Source: Lachnospiraceae bacterium
GTDB taxonomy: Bacteria > Bacillota > Clostridia > Oscillospirales > CAG-272
Assembly (NCBI GenBank): GCA_024404495.1
Contig: JAKSPT010000012.1
Location: 2,499 to 66,498 of the forward strand
DNA: 64,000 bases
Direction of reading: 5' to 3'
Shown: positions 14,902-24,733 of the stretch, in pieces
How the letters are laid out: each line of letters begins with the position of its first letter
How positions within the stretch are numbered: position 1 is the first letter of the stretch
Made by a program: the position numbers and the translations under genes
The notes under the pieces: generated by a model
What the model was told of the DNA's origin: nothing
What the model saw: only the letters and a program-made list of their open reading frames with translations
Databases searched by the model: none

Positions 14902-17103
14902 TCAGGTCTGATTCCCGTCTCCGGACGGCAGTTCCCCGCTATGCCGGGGCGGGAAATCGAAAACGGCTTTTCCGTCCTCGAATTTCAGAACGGCGTTGAA
15001 CTTCTTTCCCGCTTTCGAGACGAAGCCCTCGATGCGGGAGGTTCTGCCGGTTGAAAGGAGCAGGCGGACGTTCTCCGCCGAGACCACGCGGTCGCAGAGG
15101 GTGAACCATATCCGCGTTTTGCAGTCGGGATAGCCCTCGCAGCGGTAGTCGTAGCGGGAACGGATCACGTTCTTCCCGCAGAGCGGGCAGACACCGAGGA
15201 TATCGCCCTCGTTTCCGGTGTCGGCATCCTCCTCGATCCTTCTCCCGCCGCAGTCGAAGACCTTTGAGATCTCGGTCTCCGCTGCGATGACGCCCTCTCC
15301 GACCGTCATCTTGCCGTGATAGATCTTTTTCAGGATCTGACCCATCTCGGAGGTACGGTATTTGTCCATCGAGATCTGCATCTGCGAAAGCGATTTGATG
15401 AGAAACTCTCCGTCGGGGAGAATGGTATAAACGTCCTTGTTCAGCGCGATATAGCCGCTCTTGCGGGCGTTGTCGATGATGCCGGTGCGCGTCGCCTCGG
15501 TGCCGAGCTCAAGCCCCTCGAAGATCGCGCGGTAATCCTCCTCGTCCCCGCCCTCTTCGTTCGGGGAGGCATCCGCCTCGGCGGTCGCCGCGGATGCCGC
15601 CGCGGAGGCTTTTTCCTCGCGGAAGGGGTTTTTCAGATAGTTGTTCAGCGTCTCGACGGTATAATGCTTCGGCGGGGAGGTCTTCTTTTCGACCGGGCGG
15701 AAATCCACGTTCACCGTGTCGCCCTTTTCAAGCCCCGGAAGGATCTTGTCCTTGCCGGAATAATCGTCGAACGCCGTCCAGCCCTTTTCCCGCATCACCA
15801 TGCCGTTCAGCGTGAAGGTCTCGACCGTTTTCCCGTCGGGCGAGGTCAGGGTGATCCCGATCTCGGTCTTATCGGCGACGCAGTCCTCCGCGCAGAACAC
15901 GGCGGCAAAACGGCGGAAGATCGCGGTATAGACGGTCAGATCGGTACCCGAAAGCGCGCCCTTGCCCGGGATCTTATAGGTCGGGGTGAGCGCAGAGTGG
16001 GATTCGATCTTGCTGTCGTCAAAAATCGTCTTCTTATCCTTGAAGGCGACCGGGTAGCCGAGCTTTTTCACGGCCGCCAGTATTTCCTTCACCTTGTCCT
16101 TTTCCGCAGTGGCAAGGTACTCGGAGTTGGTACGCGGATAAGTGACGTAGCCCGCCTCGTAGAGACGCTGGACCGACGCAAGGCTCTCGGTCATCGAAAG
16201 CTTATGCTTTTTTGAAAGGAAATTCTGCAGTTTCGTCAGCGAATAGAGTTTTCCCGGCGGGATGACCGTCTTCTGCTTCTTTTTGGAGGTCACGACGGCG
16301 CGACAGGTATTGTAAAAGGCAGCGGTCTCGTCGGCTTTCGCTTTTTCGTTCTTTTCAAAGCGGAGCTTGGAGGTCAGCTCGACCTTTTCGCCCTTGGTTT
16401 CCGCGTCGGAGGCGAGCCCGTAATAGATATCCTGCGTGAAATTCCGGATCTCCGTGTCGCGGTCGTAGATCGCCTTGACGATCGGGATGATGACCCGCCC
16501 GACGCGGAGCAGCTTTCCGGTCTTCAGGGTCGCGAAACGGGTCAGATTGACCCCGTAGAGCCAGTCGATATAGGTGCGGGCGAAGCCCTCGTTCGCGAGG
16601 TTGTCGTATTCGGTCTCGCTCTTCATCTCTTTCAGCGCCGCCGCGACCGTTTTCGGCGTCTGATCGGGCAGCCAGAGGCGGACGAGCTTCTTTTCGGTAT
16701 TCAGCGCGTTCATCATGCAAAGGCGGACGATGATCTCCCCTTCTCTGTCCGAGTCTCCCGCGTTTACCACGGTATCGACGTCGGGACGGCGGCAGAGCGA
16801 ACGGATCAGGGCAAACTGGTTCCGGATGCCCTCGTCCGGTTTCCCGTCGTCTCCCGTGCGCAGCCTGAAGCGGAAGCGGTCGGGAAAGCAGGGCAATCCC
16901 TCCATCGTCCAGGTCACTTTTTTCCCGGGCTCGGGCTTCTTTCCGGTGTAATCCTCGATATCGCACAGCGAAAAAAGGTGACCGAATGCCCAAGTCACCA
17001 GATATTCCTCGTTTTCGTAATAGTTTCCGCGTTTCTGCATCTGACCGATCCCCGCGACGATATTGCGCGCGAGGGACGGTTTTTCGGCTATTATGAGTTT
17101 CAT
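14902..17103 (-). CDS. topB: DNA topoisomerase III with C-terminal zinc-ribbon region
   Basis: 733 aa. Toprim start MKLIIAEKPSLARNI, DSDREGE, active-site region YVTYPRTNS, and a C-terminal CPLCG...C..C zinc finger. Confidence 0.85.
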   Translation of the reverse strand: MKLIIAEKPSLARNIVAGIGQMQKRGNYYENEEYLVTWAFGHLFSLCDIEDYTGKKPEPGKKVTWTMEGLPCFPDRFRFRLRTGDDGKPDEGIRNQFALIRSLCRRPDVDTVVNAGDSDREGEIIVRLCMMNALNTEKKLVRLWLPDQTPKTVAAALKEMKSETEYDNLANEGFARTYIDWLYGVNLTRFATLKTGKLLRVGRVIIPIVKAIYDRDTEIRNFTQDIYYGLASDAETKGEKVELTSKLRFEKNEKAKADETAAFYNTCRAVVTSKKKQKTVIPPGKLYSLTKLQNFLSKKHKLSMTESLASVQRLYEAGYVTYPRTNSEYLATAEKDKVKEILAAVKKLGYPVAFKDKKTIFDDSKIESHSALTPTYKIPGKGALSGTDLTVYTAIFRRFAAVFCAEDCVADKTEIGITLTSPDGKTVETFTLNGMVMREKGWTAFDDYSGKDKILPGLEKGDTVNVDFRPVEKKTSPPKHYTVETLNNYLKNPFREEKASAAASAATAEADASPNEEGGDEEDYRAIFEGLELGTEATRTGIIDNARKSGYIALNKDVYTILPDGEFLIKSLSQMQISMDKYRTSEMGQILKKIYHGKMTVGEGVIAAETEISKVFDCGGRRIEEDADTGNEGDILGVCPLCGKNVIRSRYDYRCEGYPDCKTRIWFTLCDRVVSAENVRLLLSTGRTSRIEGFVSKAGKKFNAVLKFEDGKAVFDFPPRHSGELPSGDGNQT

Positions 17104-17205
17104 GCTTTTCTTGCTTTCGTGTATCAGGCTTAAGGATTAAGACTTTTTTCCTTTTTACATTATATCATATCTTTTTTCTTTTTTCAACCCTTCCTTTCAA
17201 ATCGG

Positions 17206-17234
17206 TTGACAACGGCGGTCAAGAGTGGTATAAT
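17206..17234 (+). promoter_or_regulatory. Sigma-A-type promoter of pfp
   Basis: TTGACA (17206..17211), 17 nt, TATAAT (17229..17234). Confidence 0.6.
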
Positions 17235-17276
17235 GATATTCAGAAAAATATTTTTCCGAAAAGGAGAATGAAACCA

Positions 17277-18524
17277 ATGAATCTGCTGAAAGGCAACGCG
17301 ATCGTCGGTCAGTCCGGCGGTCCTACCGCAGCCATCAACGCGACCCTGTCCGGCGTCATCAGAGGCGCCTTCGAGTGCCCCGCCATCGACACGATCTTCG
17401 GCGCGATCAACGGCGTCGAGGGTATGCTGAAGGGCACCATCTGCAATCTGAACGAGGTCTTCGCCGATGAAAAGGATCTGAAGACCCTCGAAAACACCCC
17501 CGCTGCGGCGCTCGGCTCCTGCCGCAAGAAGCTCCCCTCCCCCGCGAGCACCGAGGAGAAGGACGTCGCCGTCTTTGAGGCGCTCTTCGCCTTCTTCAAG
17601 AAGAACAACATCCGTTACTTCTTCTACATCGGCGGCAACGACTCGATGGATACCGTCGCCAAGCTCTCCGCTTACGCGCCGAAGGTCGATTACGAGATGC
17701 GCTTTATGGGCGTTCCGAAGACGATCGACAACGACGTCGCCGGCACCGACCACACCCCCGGCTACGGCTCCGCCGCGAAGTACATCGCCGCTTCCATGCA
17801 GGAGATCATCCGCGATACCGCCGTTTACACCGTCAAGGCTGTCACGATCGTTGAGATCATGGGCAGAGACGCAGGCTGGCTGACCGCCGCCGCCGCCCTC
17901 CCCGCGAAGGTCTGCGGCGTCGCGCCCGACCTCGTTTACCTCCCCGAGAGGATCTTCAACTTCGACGAGTTCTACGAGGATATCGAAAAGGCGTTTGAAA
18001 AGCACCCGAACGTCGTCGTCGCCGTTTCCGAGGGCGTCCGTCTCGCCGACGGCAGATACGTCTGCGAAGCGGTCTCCGACAGCGGTCTCGACGCTTTCGG
18101 TCACAAGATGCTCTCCGGCACCGGCAAGGCGCTTGAGATCGCCGTCAAGAACAAGCTCGGCTGCAAGGTCCGCTCCATCGAGCTGAACATCCTTCAGCGC
18201 TGCGCCTCCCACGTCGCTTCCCTCACCGACCTGAAGGAATCCGTGATGATCGGCAAGGCCTCCGTCCGTGCCGCCGCAAGAGGCACCACCGGCAAGATGA
18301 TGTGCTTCCGCCGCGTTTCCGACAATCCCTACCGCGTGAAAGCCGTCTCCGAGGATATTCAGAAAATCGCGAACGTCGTCAGAGCCGTTCCCGCCGAATT
18401 CATCAACGAGCGCGGCAACGGTATCACCGACGCGGGCATCGACTTCATCCTTCCGCTCATCAAGGGCGAGAACCGTCCCGAATACCGCGACGGTCTCCCG
18501 GTCCATTTCGTCATCAAGGCGTAA
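17277..18524 (+). CDS. pfp: 6-phosphofructokinase, PPi-dependent type by signature residues
   Basis: GQSGGPTAAINA, GGNDS (Asp where ATP-PFKs have Gly104) and GVPKTIDND (Lys where ATP-PFKs have Gly124). Start 17277 is preferred because it sits 10 nt after the GGAG; the track start 17268 is 1 nt after the GGAG. Confidence 0.8.
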   Translation: MNLLKGNAIVGQSGGPTAAINATLSGVIRGAFECPAIDTIFGAINGVEGMLKGTICNLNEVFADEKDLKTLENTPAAALGSCRKKLPSPASTEEKDVAVFEALFAFFKKNNIRYFFYIGGNDSMDTVAKLSAYAPKVDYEMRFMGVPKTIDNDVAGTDHTPGYGSAAKYIAASMQEIIRDTAVYTVKAVTIVEIMGRDAGWLTAAAALPAKVCGVAPDLVYLPERIFNFDEFYEDIEKAFEKHPNVVVAVSEGVRLADGRYVCEAVSDSGLDAFGHKMLSGTGKALEIAVKNKLGCKVRSIELNILQRCASHVASLTDLKESVMIGKASVRAAARGTTGKMMCFRRVSDNPYRVKAVSEDIQKIANVVRAVPAEFINERGNGITDAGIDFILPLIKGENRPEYRDGLPVHFVIKA

Positions 18525-18663
18525 GCCGCAGAACAAAAAACAAACGGAGCCCTGCTTTAGCGACAGCCAGATAAGGATGTTTTTCGGGATGTGGATTTTG
18601 TACGGCAAAATCCGATGCTCGCTAAAGATGCGGACAAATTGAATTTATGCGGGGACAATCATT

Positions 18664-18942
18664 ATGAAATTTTCTTTTGTTGAGAAACCCGATACAACTG
18701 TAATTACCTGCAGTCATATTTTGGAGAATAAAGATCCGATATTATTCGTCTCGCATGATGAAGACGATGGCATGTGGCAATTCTTATGCGGTGCTGACCA
18801 TGATATTTCAGATGCAAGGGTTATATCGTTGAAAGAAGTATTTCTGCTTGACAGAACAATAGGAGTTCTGGCAGAAATGCCGCAAGGTTGTACGGCAACG
18901 CGAAGCAGCCTCTGCGATGAGTGGAAAATCGAACAGCGTTAA
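18664..18942 (+). CDS. Small orphan protein (92 aa) in an AT-rich islet, function unknown
   Basis: ORF with its own terminator. The acidic DEDDGMWQFLCG motif vaguely recalls small immunity-type domains, which is not verifiable here. Confidence 0.45.
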   Translation: MKFSFVEKPDTTVITCSHILENKDPILFVSHDEDDGMWQFLCGADHDISDARVISLKEVFLLDRTIGVLAEMPQGCTATRSSLCDEWKIEQR

Positions 18943-18968
18943 ATTTCAGTTTGTCGGGCAAAAAGATT

Positions 18969-19010
18969 ACCCGCCGAAGAGGAAAATCCTTTTCGGCGGG
19001 TTTCGCTTTG
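18969..19010 (+). terminator. Rho-independent terminator
   Basis: acccgccgaa ... ttcggcgggt hairpin followed by a T-rich tract. Confidence 0.6.
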
Positions 19011-19080
19011 TTAAAATACTTCCTTATGCGGTTGTGGCATTTCGGCAGGGCTCCGTTTTTGAAAAGAAGCGGATTTCCTC

Positions 19081-19109
19081 TTGCAAACCCGCAGAACCTG
19101 TGTTATACT
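19081..19109 (+). promoter_or_regulatory. Sigma-A-type promoter (extended -10) of the fused ABC pair
   Basis: TTGCAA (19081..19086), 17 nt ending in TGt, TATACT (19104..19109). Confidence 0.55.
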
Positions 19110-19254
19110 GTAATTTGGGATAAGGGGGTCCGCGTTTCCCGCCTTATCCGGCACGCGTCCGCGTCCCGTTTTCGGAGCGGAACGCCGCGTGCGGATAGTA
19201 TTCATTATTTTCATTGCGGTATGAGTATCGCAAAAATCCGGAAAGGAGCATTTT

Positions 19255-21582
19255 ATGCAGTCACCGTTACTGGAGCTGAAAAACGTCGGCAAGATCTACG
19301 TGTCCGAGGGAGCGGTCGCCGTCGGGATCCGCGGGGTCAATCTCGCGTTCAGCAAGGGCGAGTTCGTTGCGGTCACCGGTAAATCCGGCTCGGGCAAGTC
19401 CACCCTGCTCAACGTGATCAGCGGTATGGATACCTACGAGGAGGGCGAGCTTTTCGTGGAAGGCGAGCCGACCTCTCACTATATGCAGAAGGATTGGGAG
19501 GAGTACCGCAAGAAGTACATCTCCTTCATCTTTCAGGAGTACAACATCATCGAGAGCTTCACCGTTCTGCAGAACGTGGAGCTTGCGCTGATGAACATTT
19601 CCGACCCCCGTCAGCGCAGAGAAAAAGCGCTCGCGCTGCTCGACCGCGTCGGAATGACGAAGCACGTCAATCACAAGGGTTCAAAGCTTTCGGGCGGACA
19701 GAAGCAGCGCACGGTCATCGCGCGCGCGCTCGCCAAGGACAGCCCGGTCATCCTTGCCGACGAGCCGACCGGAAACCTCGACAGCCAGACCTCCGCCGAG
19801 ATCATCGAGCTGCTTCGCGAGGTCTCGAAGGACAAGCTCGTCATCGTCGTCACGCACAACTTCGAGCAGGTCGAAGCCTGCGCCACGCGGCACATCCGTA
19901 TTTTCGACGGGACGGTGGAATCCGACACGGTGATCTCCCCCGCCCCCCCTGCCGACGCCTCCCTCCTTCCCCCCGAAGAGGAAAAGGAAAAAACGAAGGC
20001 GGAAAAGCGGAAGGAGGATTTCCGCAACGGTCTGCACCTCGGTATCGTCCGCTTCCACGCAAGACCGAAGCTTTCGGTCTTCCTCTGCGTTCTGATGACC
20101 CTTTCCGCGCTCGCACTCGCGCTCGTCACCTCGTTTATGGCGGACGCCTCCGGGCTTTTTGATAAGCCGGATATGTTCACCCACATGGAAGGCAGAGTCG
20201 TCATCGCCCGCATGGACGGCAGCGTGCCGACCGGGGAGGAAGTGGAAAACCTGAAGACCGGGCTCGGCGCGAAGGACGCCATCCGCTGCGACTATATGCT
20301 CGATCAGACGGTCTACCTGCCCCTCCGGATCGGGAACTACTGGGACTACCGCGATTTCCGCTTCAGTTATCCCGCGGAGAGCGTCGATCTTGACGGCGGC
20401 AGATACCCGGAAAAGAACGACGAGGTCCTCCTCTCGGTCCCGGTCTCTCTGGAGCCGGTCTTCGGCAGGGAGGAATCCTTCAAGCCCACCGTGCTGGAGC
20501 AGATCTTCGACGCGGCAAACTATACCGTGGTCGGCGTCCGTTATTATTACGACAACACGAAGACCCCGCTGATGTATTTCACCGAGGAGGGCTACCGCAT
20601 CGCCACTGCGCTTGCCTATTTCCGCGAAAACCGATGGAACGTCACCGCGAACGTCGTACTGCTCCTGAAAGAAGCGGAAGGCGACCGCGAGCTCCTCAAT
20701 TATTCCTCCAACGGCAATACGGTCTGCGTGGACTTCGGTCTGGAGCCGGGCACCTACACGTTTTCCTGCTTCGCTCATAAAGCGTTCCGGGAAGAGCACT
20801 ACGACGAAAGCAAGCTCTTTGCCTCCGTTCAGCTCACGAGCGCCATCGATCCTATCCTGCTTTTCGATTCCGGTCTCCGCAAACAGACGAAGACCGATGA
20901 AGTCAGTTTTGACCTCAGCGGCTGCCGCCTTGTGACGAAGCTCCCCGAAAGCGCCGAAAAGCAGTCTCTGGCGGACGAATGGTCTCAATACCTCTTCGTC
21001 GCCCCCGACATTATGGAAGAGTTTATCCTCGGCTCCTGCTTTGAAAAGATCTATACGCAGACCTCCCTCTTCTTCTCCTCGGATGAAGAAGCAAGAACGA
21101 AGATCGGGACTCTGCGCGAGGCGGGATACGTCGGCGTCGTTTCCGACGAAAAAGTGAAGGAGGAGGTCCTTGAACGGCTGGAGCGCATCCTTACCTTCGG
21201 CGCGAAGGCGGTCGGCTGGGTGCTTTCCGTCCTGTTCCTCACCCTCTTCCTCAACCTCTGCACCGCCAAAAGTCTGGACGCGACGAAGGGCGACGTTGCC
21301 ATCATGCGTTCGATGGGCATCCCGACGAACGTCATCAAGATCTCGGGCTACGTGCAAACCTTCATCAGCATCATCCCCGCGATGCTCGTGACCGGCGCGG
21401 TCTGTGCCGTCATCTTCATCGTGCCCAAAACCAACGGCATCTTCACCTTCCTGCACGCCCGCGATTATATCATCCTCGGCGTCCTGCTGATCGCCGTCGC
21501 GGCACGGCTGTCCGCCAAATACGTCAGCCGGATGTTCAGCGACTCGGTCAAGAAAACGCTGAAAGGAGGGAACAAGACGTGA
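19255..21582 (+). CDS. MacB-like fused ABC ATPase / FtsX-family permease (775 aa)
   Basis: N-terminal NBD (GKSGSGKST, LSGGQKQR, ILADEPTGNLD), one TM, a ~390-aa extracytoplasmic region, then a C-terminal FtsX-type three-TM bundle. Confidence 0.8.
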   Translation: MQSPLLELKNVGKIYVSEGAVAVGIRGVNLAFSKGEFVAVTGKSGSGKSTLLNVISGMDTYEEGELFVEGEPTSHYMQKDWEEYRKKYISFIFQEYNIIESFTVLQNVELALMNISDPRQRREKALALLDRVGMTKHVNHKGSKLSGGQKQRTVIARALAKDSPVILADEPTGNLDSQTSAEIIELLREVSKDKLVIVVTHNFEQVEACATRHIRIFDGTVESDTVISPAPPADASLLPPEEEKEKTKAEKRKEDFRNGLHLGIVRFHARPKLSVFLCVLMTLSALALALVTSFMADASGLFDKPDMFTHMEGRVVIARMDGSVPTGEEVENLKTGLGAKDAIRCDYMLDQTVYLPLRIGNYWDYRDFRFSYPAESVDLDGGRYPEKNDEVLLSVPVSLEPVFGREESFKPTVLEQIFDAANYTVVGVRYYYDNTKTPLMYFTEEGYRIATALAYFRENRWNVTANVVLLLKEAEGDRELLNYSSNGNTVCVDFGLEPGTYTFSCFAHKAFREEHYDESKLFASVQLTSAIDPILLFDSGLRKQTKTDEVSFDLSGCRLVTKLPESAEKQSLADEWSQYLFVAPDIMEEFILGSCFEKIYTQTSLFFSSDEEARTKIGTLREAGYVGVVSDEKVKEEVLERLERILTFGAKAVGWVLSVLFLTLFLNLCTAKSLDATKGDVAIMRSMGIPTNVIKISGYVQTFISIIPAMLVTGAVCAVIFIVPKTNGIFTFLHARDYIILGVLLIAVAARLSAKYVSRMFSDSVKKTLKGGNKT

Positions 21583-24500
21583 AAACGAACGACATTCTGA
21601 AGATCACGCACGCGCACAAGTATTATAACCGCGGCAAATCGAACGAGCTGCACGTGATGAACGATATCGACCTTGCCCTCCCCTCCTCCGGTATGATCGC
21701 GATCTTCGGGCAGAGCGGCTGCGGCAAGACCACGCTGCTCAACGCCGTCGGCGGTCTCGATTCGATCGCGGAAGGCTCCATCGAGCTGTTCGGGGAAAAC
21801 CTCGCCCGGAACACCGACGTTTTACGGAACAAATACGTCGGCTATATCTTCCAGAACTACAACCTGAACGTCGGCGAGACCGTTTTCGAGAACGTTGCCG
21901 ACGCCCTCCGCCTGTGCGGCATGACCGACGCGGAGGAGATCCGCACGCGCGTCCTCGCCGCCCTGACAAACGTGGGGATGGACAAATTCAAGAGCCGCAC
22001 GCCCGACACCCTCTCGGGCGGTCAGCAGCAGCGCGTCGCGATCGCGCGGGCACTCGTCAAAAGTCCCGCCGTTCTCCTCGCCGACGAGCCGACCGGCAAC
22101 CTCGACGAGGCGAACACCGTGCTGGTCATGGATATCCTCAAGGAGCTTTCCAGGACCCGTCTCGTCCTCCTCGTCACGCACGAAGCGAATCTGGTCGATT
22201 TCTACTGCGACCGCGTGATCCGCCTCGTGGACGGATGCGTTGCGGAGGACCGCCTGAACGAAGACGCGAACGGCTATATCGCCCGCGACAAGAACGATAT
22301 TTACCTCGGCGAGTTGGAAAAGACCGAGGAAACGCTCCACGGCGTCACGCTGACCCGCTACGGTACCCCCGAAGTCCCCGTGAAGCTGCGCCTCGTCACG
22401 TCGGGCGGGCACACCTATCTCGTCTGCGACAGCCCGGAGGTCCGCGTCCTTGACGAAAGCTCCGAGATCAGACTGCGCGAGGGCGTGTTCCGCACGGTCG
22501 GACACGCGGAAGAAGACGAAAGCAAAAAGCAGTATACCGCAAACGCGCTTGACCTTTCCGCGCTGACGCCCTTCGAGGGGAGCCGCTTCGGCCGACTCTT
22601 CGGCTGGAAGAACGCGCTGTCCTCCGCGTGGAGCGACAACTTTGCGAAAAAGCGGAAGAAAGGGACCACCCTGCTCCGCCTGACGCTGGCGCTGCTTGCC
22701 GTCGTCATCGTCTTCACGACCGCAATTTCCGCCGTCAGCGTCCGCTCGCTGACCGAGGTCAACAAAGAAAACAACCGCAGTCTGTTCTACGTCAAGCTGG
22801 ATAAAGACAGGGATTACCCGGGGCTGAACGAGTATCCCGCGTCAAGCGGCATCGACAGGACGTGGCTCACGCTGTCGAGGATCCCGGATACCGAAAACGT
22901 TTCCTTTGCCACCGCCGCGTTCATGACCGCCGCTTCTCCGACGATCGAAGGCGAGGCGTGCTTCGCACCGGTCACGCTTCTGAATAACCCCGAGATCGTC
23001 GCGGGAACCGCCGAGCTGAAAAAACTGCACGACGTGCTGATCACGACCGCCTTCGGTGACGTGCTGATCGAATCCTCCACCGCTTCCTATATTGACAGCT
23101 ACGACGACCTCGTCGGACTGAGGCAGCAGAACGTATGGGGCGATTCCGTCCCGTGCCGTATCGTCGGCGTCGTCCGCTCGGACGAAAAACTGATCCTTTC
23201 CAATCCGCTTTCCTTTGCGGAAAGGATCTTATCCGACGTCGTCTCCCTCACCACGTTCAACGGTCTGTACGCCCGGTCAAAGCAGACCGTTTATAAGGAG
23301 CCGATAAAAAAAGGCGAGTTGATCGTTCTCAACGGGTTGTTTGAGAAAGGGGAAACCGTCCGTCTTTTCGGCAGGGATTTCCTCGTAGCCTATACGGATC
23401 ACAGCGCGAGCTTCTCCCGTCTTTCGGATTATCTGCGTTATTACACGGATAAAACCGGGCTCACCGTATCCGACTACGCCGACTACGCCGGGACCGGCGA
23501 CCCGAACGTACCGGAATACCGGAAATACTGCGAATGGGTTTACGAGGTCTTCCCGCAGGACGGCGCCTTCCGCGACTTCTGCCGGATGCTGGTCGACCGC
23601 TATCTGCCGTGGGAAGATACCGAAATGTCGATAGACCTGTGGACGTACGCCGCTACCGGAGACGTGACCGCGTATCTCTCCCTCCTCTCCGCGCTGAACG
23701 AACAGCCGACCGGGTTCGTCGGCACCTACGCCACGATGCCGCTCGGTGACGTGAACCAAACGTACGCCTGTTACAAATACCATGAGAAAACGGGTGAATG
23801 GCCTGATGAGCCGGTCTCCGACGAGACCCTGCTCACTGCGTACTATGAGGATTGGAACCGTCTGTACGAAGGGCAGAATATTTACGCAAAGTACGATCGG
23901 TATATCAACGAACGGTATCAGACGAGATACTCTCCCGTCAATTACGTCGTCAGCGACGAGGACTATATCCTCCTCTCCGGAAGCGCGGGAAAATCAGACG
24001 AACGCTTCGGCGTGGAAGCGTTCGAATCCGGCTATTACGACTGGGACAGCGGCGAATGGCATCAGAACCACATGGCGGTCCACGCCTCCGATCCCGAAGC
24101 GGCGAAGGAATACCTGACCTCGCTCTTCGGAAATAAGGCCGTGACCCCGGAGGAGATGTTCGATTCGGCGCTCTCGGAGAAAAAGGCAGATATCCTCGGC
24201 AGCATGGCGGCGATCCTCGTGATGCTGACGCTGATGTGCCTCTGCGTATTCTTCATCATGCGTTCCTCTTTTCTGCACCGGGTGCGCGAGGTCGGTATCT
24301 ACCGCGCGATCGGCGTGACGAAGAAAAACCTGATCTTCCGCTTCACGGTGGAGGCGCTGCTGCTCGTCAGCCTGACCGTACTGCCCGCCTTCCTCCTGTC
24401 TTCCCTGATCATCGTCTATCTTTCGGGCGGTATGCTGCTCGGAGCGGTATTCTACTTCCCGCTCTGGCTCGCCGCGGGGCTTCTCATCGTGCTTTACGCC

Positions 24501-24584
24501 GCGTCTGTCTTCTGCGGCGTTCTGCCGGTGATCACGCTGCTCAGCCGTACCCCGAGCGAGATCCTCGCAAAATACGATATCTGA
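21579..24584 (+). CDS. MacB-like fused ABC ATPase / FtsX-family permease (1001 aa), paralogous partner
   Basis: GTG start overlaps the upstream stop (GTGA), with an AAGGAGG RBS. NBD (GQSGCGKTT, LSGGQQQR, LLADEPTGNLD), one TM, a ~500-aa extracytoplasmic region, and a C-terminal FtsX bundle. Confidence 0.8.
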   Translation: MKTNDILKITHAHKYYNRGKSNELHVMNDIDLALPSSGMIAIFGQSGCGKTTLLNAVGGLDSIAEGSIELFGENLARNTDVLRNKYVGYIFQNYNLNVGETVFENVADALRLCGMTDAEEIRTRVLAALTNVGMDKFKSRTPDTLSGGQQQRVAIARALVKSPAVLLADEPTGNLDEANTVLVMDILKELSRTRLVLLVTHEANLVDFYCDRVIRLVDGCVAEDRLNEDANGYIARDKNDIYLGELEKTEETLHGVTLTRYGTPEVPVKLRLVTSGGHTYLVCDSPEVRVLDESSEIRLREGVFRTVGHAEEDESKKQYTANALDLSALTPFEGSRFGRLFGWKNALSSAWSDNFAKKRKKGTTLLRLTLALLAVVIVFTTAISAVSVRSLTEVNKENNRSLFYVKLDKDRDYPGLNEYPASSGIDRTWLTLSRIPDTENVSFATAAFMTAASPTIEGEACFAPVTLLNNPEIVAGTAELKKLHDVLITTAFGDVLIESSTASYIDSYDDLVGLRQQNVWGDSVPCRIVGVVRSDEKLILSNPLSFAERILSDVVSLTTFNGLYARSKQTVYKEPIKKGELIVLNGLFEKGETVRLFGRDFLVAYTDHSASFSRLSDYLRYYTDKTGLTVSDYADYAGTGDPNVPEYRKYCEWVYEVFPQDGAFRDFCRMLVDRYLPWEDTEMSIDLWTYAATGDVTAYLSLLSALNEQPTGFVGTYATMPLGDVNQTYACYKYHEKTGEWPDEPVSDETLLTAYYEDWNRLYEGQNIYAKYDRYINERYQTRYSPVNYVVSDEDYILLSGSAGKSDERFGVEAFESGYYDWDSGEWHQNHMAVHASDPEAAKEYLTSLFGNKAVTPEEMFDSALSEKKADILGSMAAILVMLTLMCLCVFFIMRSSFLHRVREVGIYRAIGVTKKNLIFRFTVEALLLVSLTVLPAFLLSSLIIVYLSGGMLLGAVFYFPLWLAAGLLIVLYAASVFCGVLPVITLLSRTPSEILAKYDI

Positions 24585-24599
24585 TACGTCGGAACGCAA

Positions 24600-24638
24600 G
24601 CCCGTCCATCCGCTCACGAACGGAGGACGGGCTTTTTC
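24600..24638 (+). terminator. Rho-independent terminator
   Basis: gcccgtcc ... ggacgggc hairpin followed by ttttt. Confidence 0.7.
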
Positions 24639-24733
24639 GACGCTCTTCACGCCGGAAAAGGTACCGGACGGCGTTTGCTTTACCTTTTTCACGGCACTTT
24701 TTCGTATTAACGCGATAAAATACCCGAAACCCC

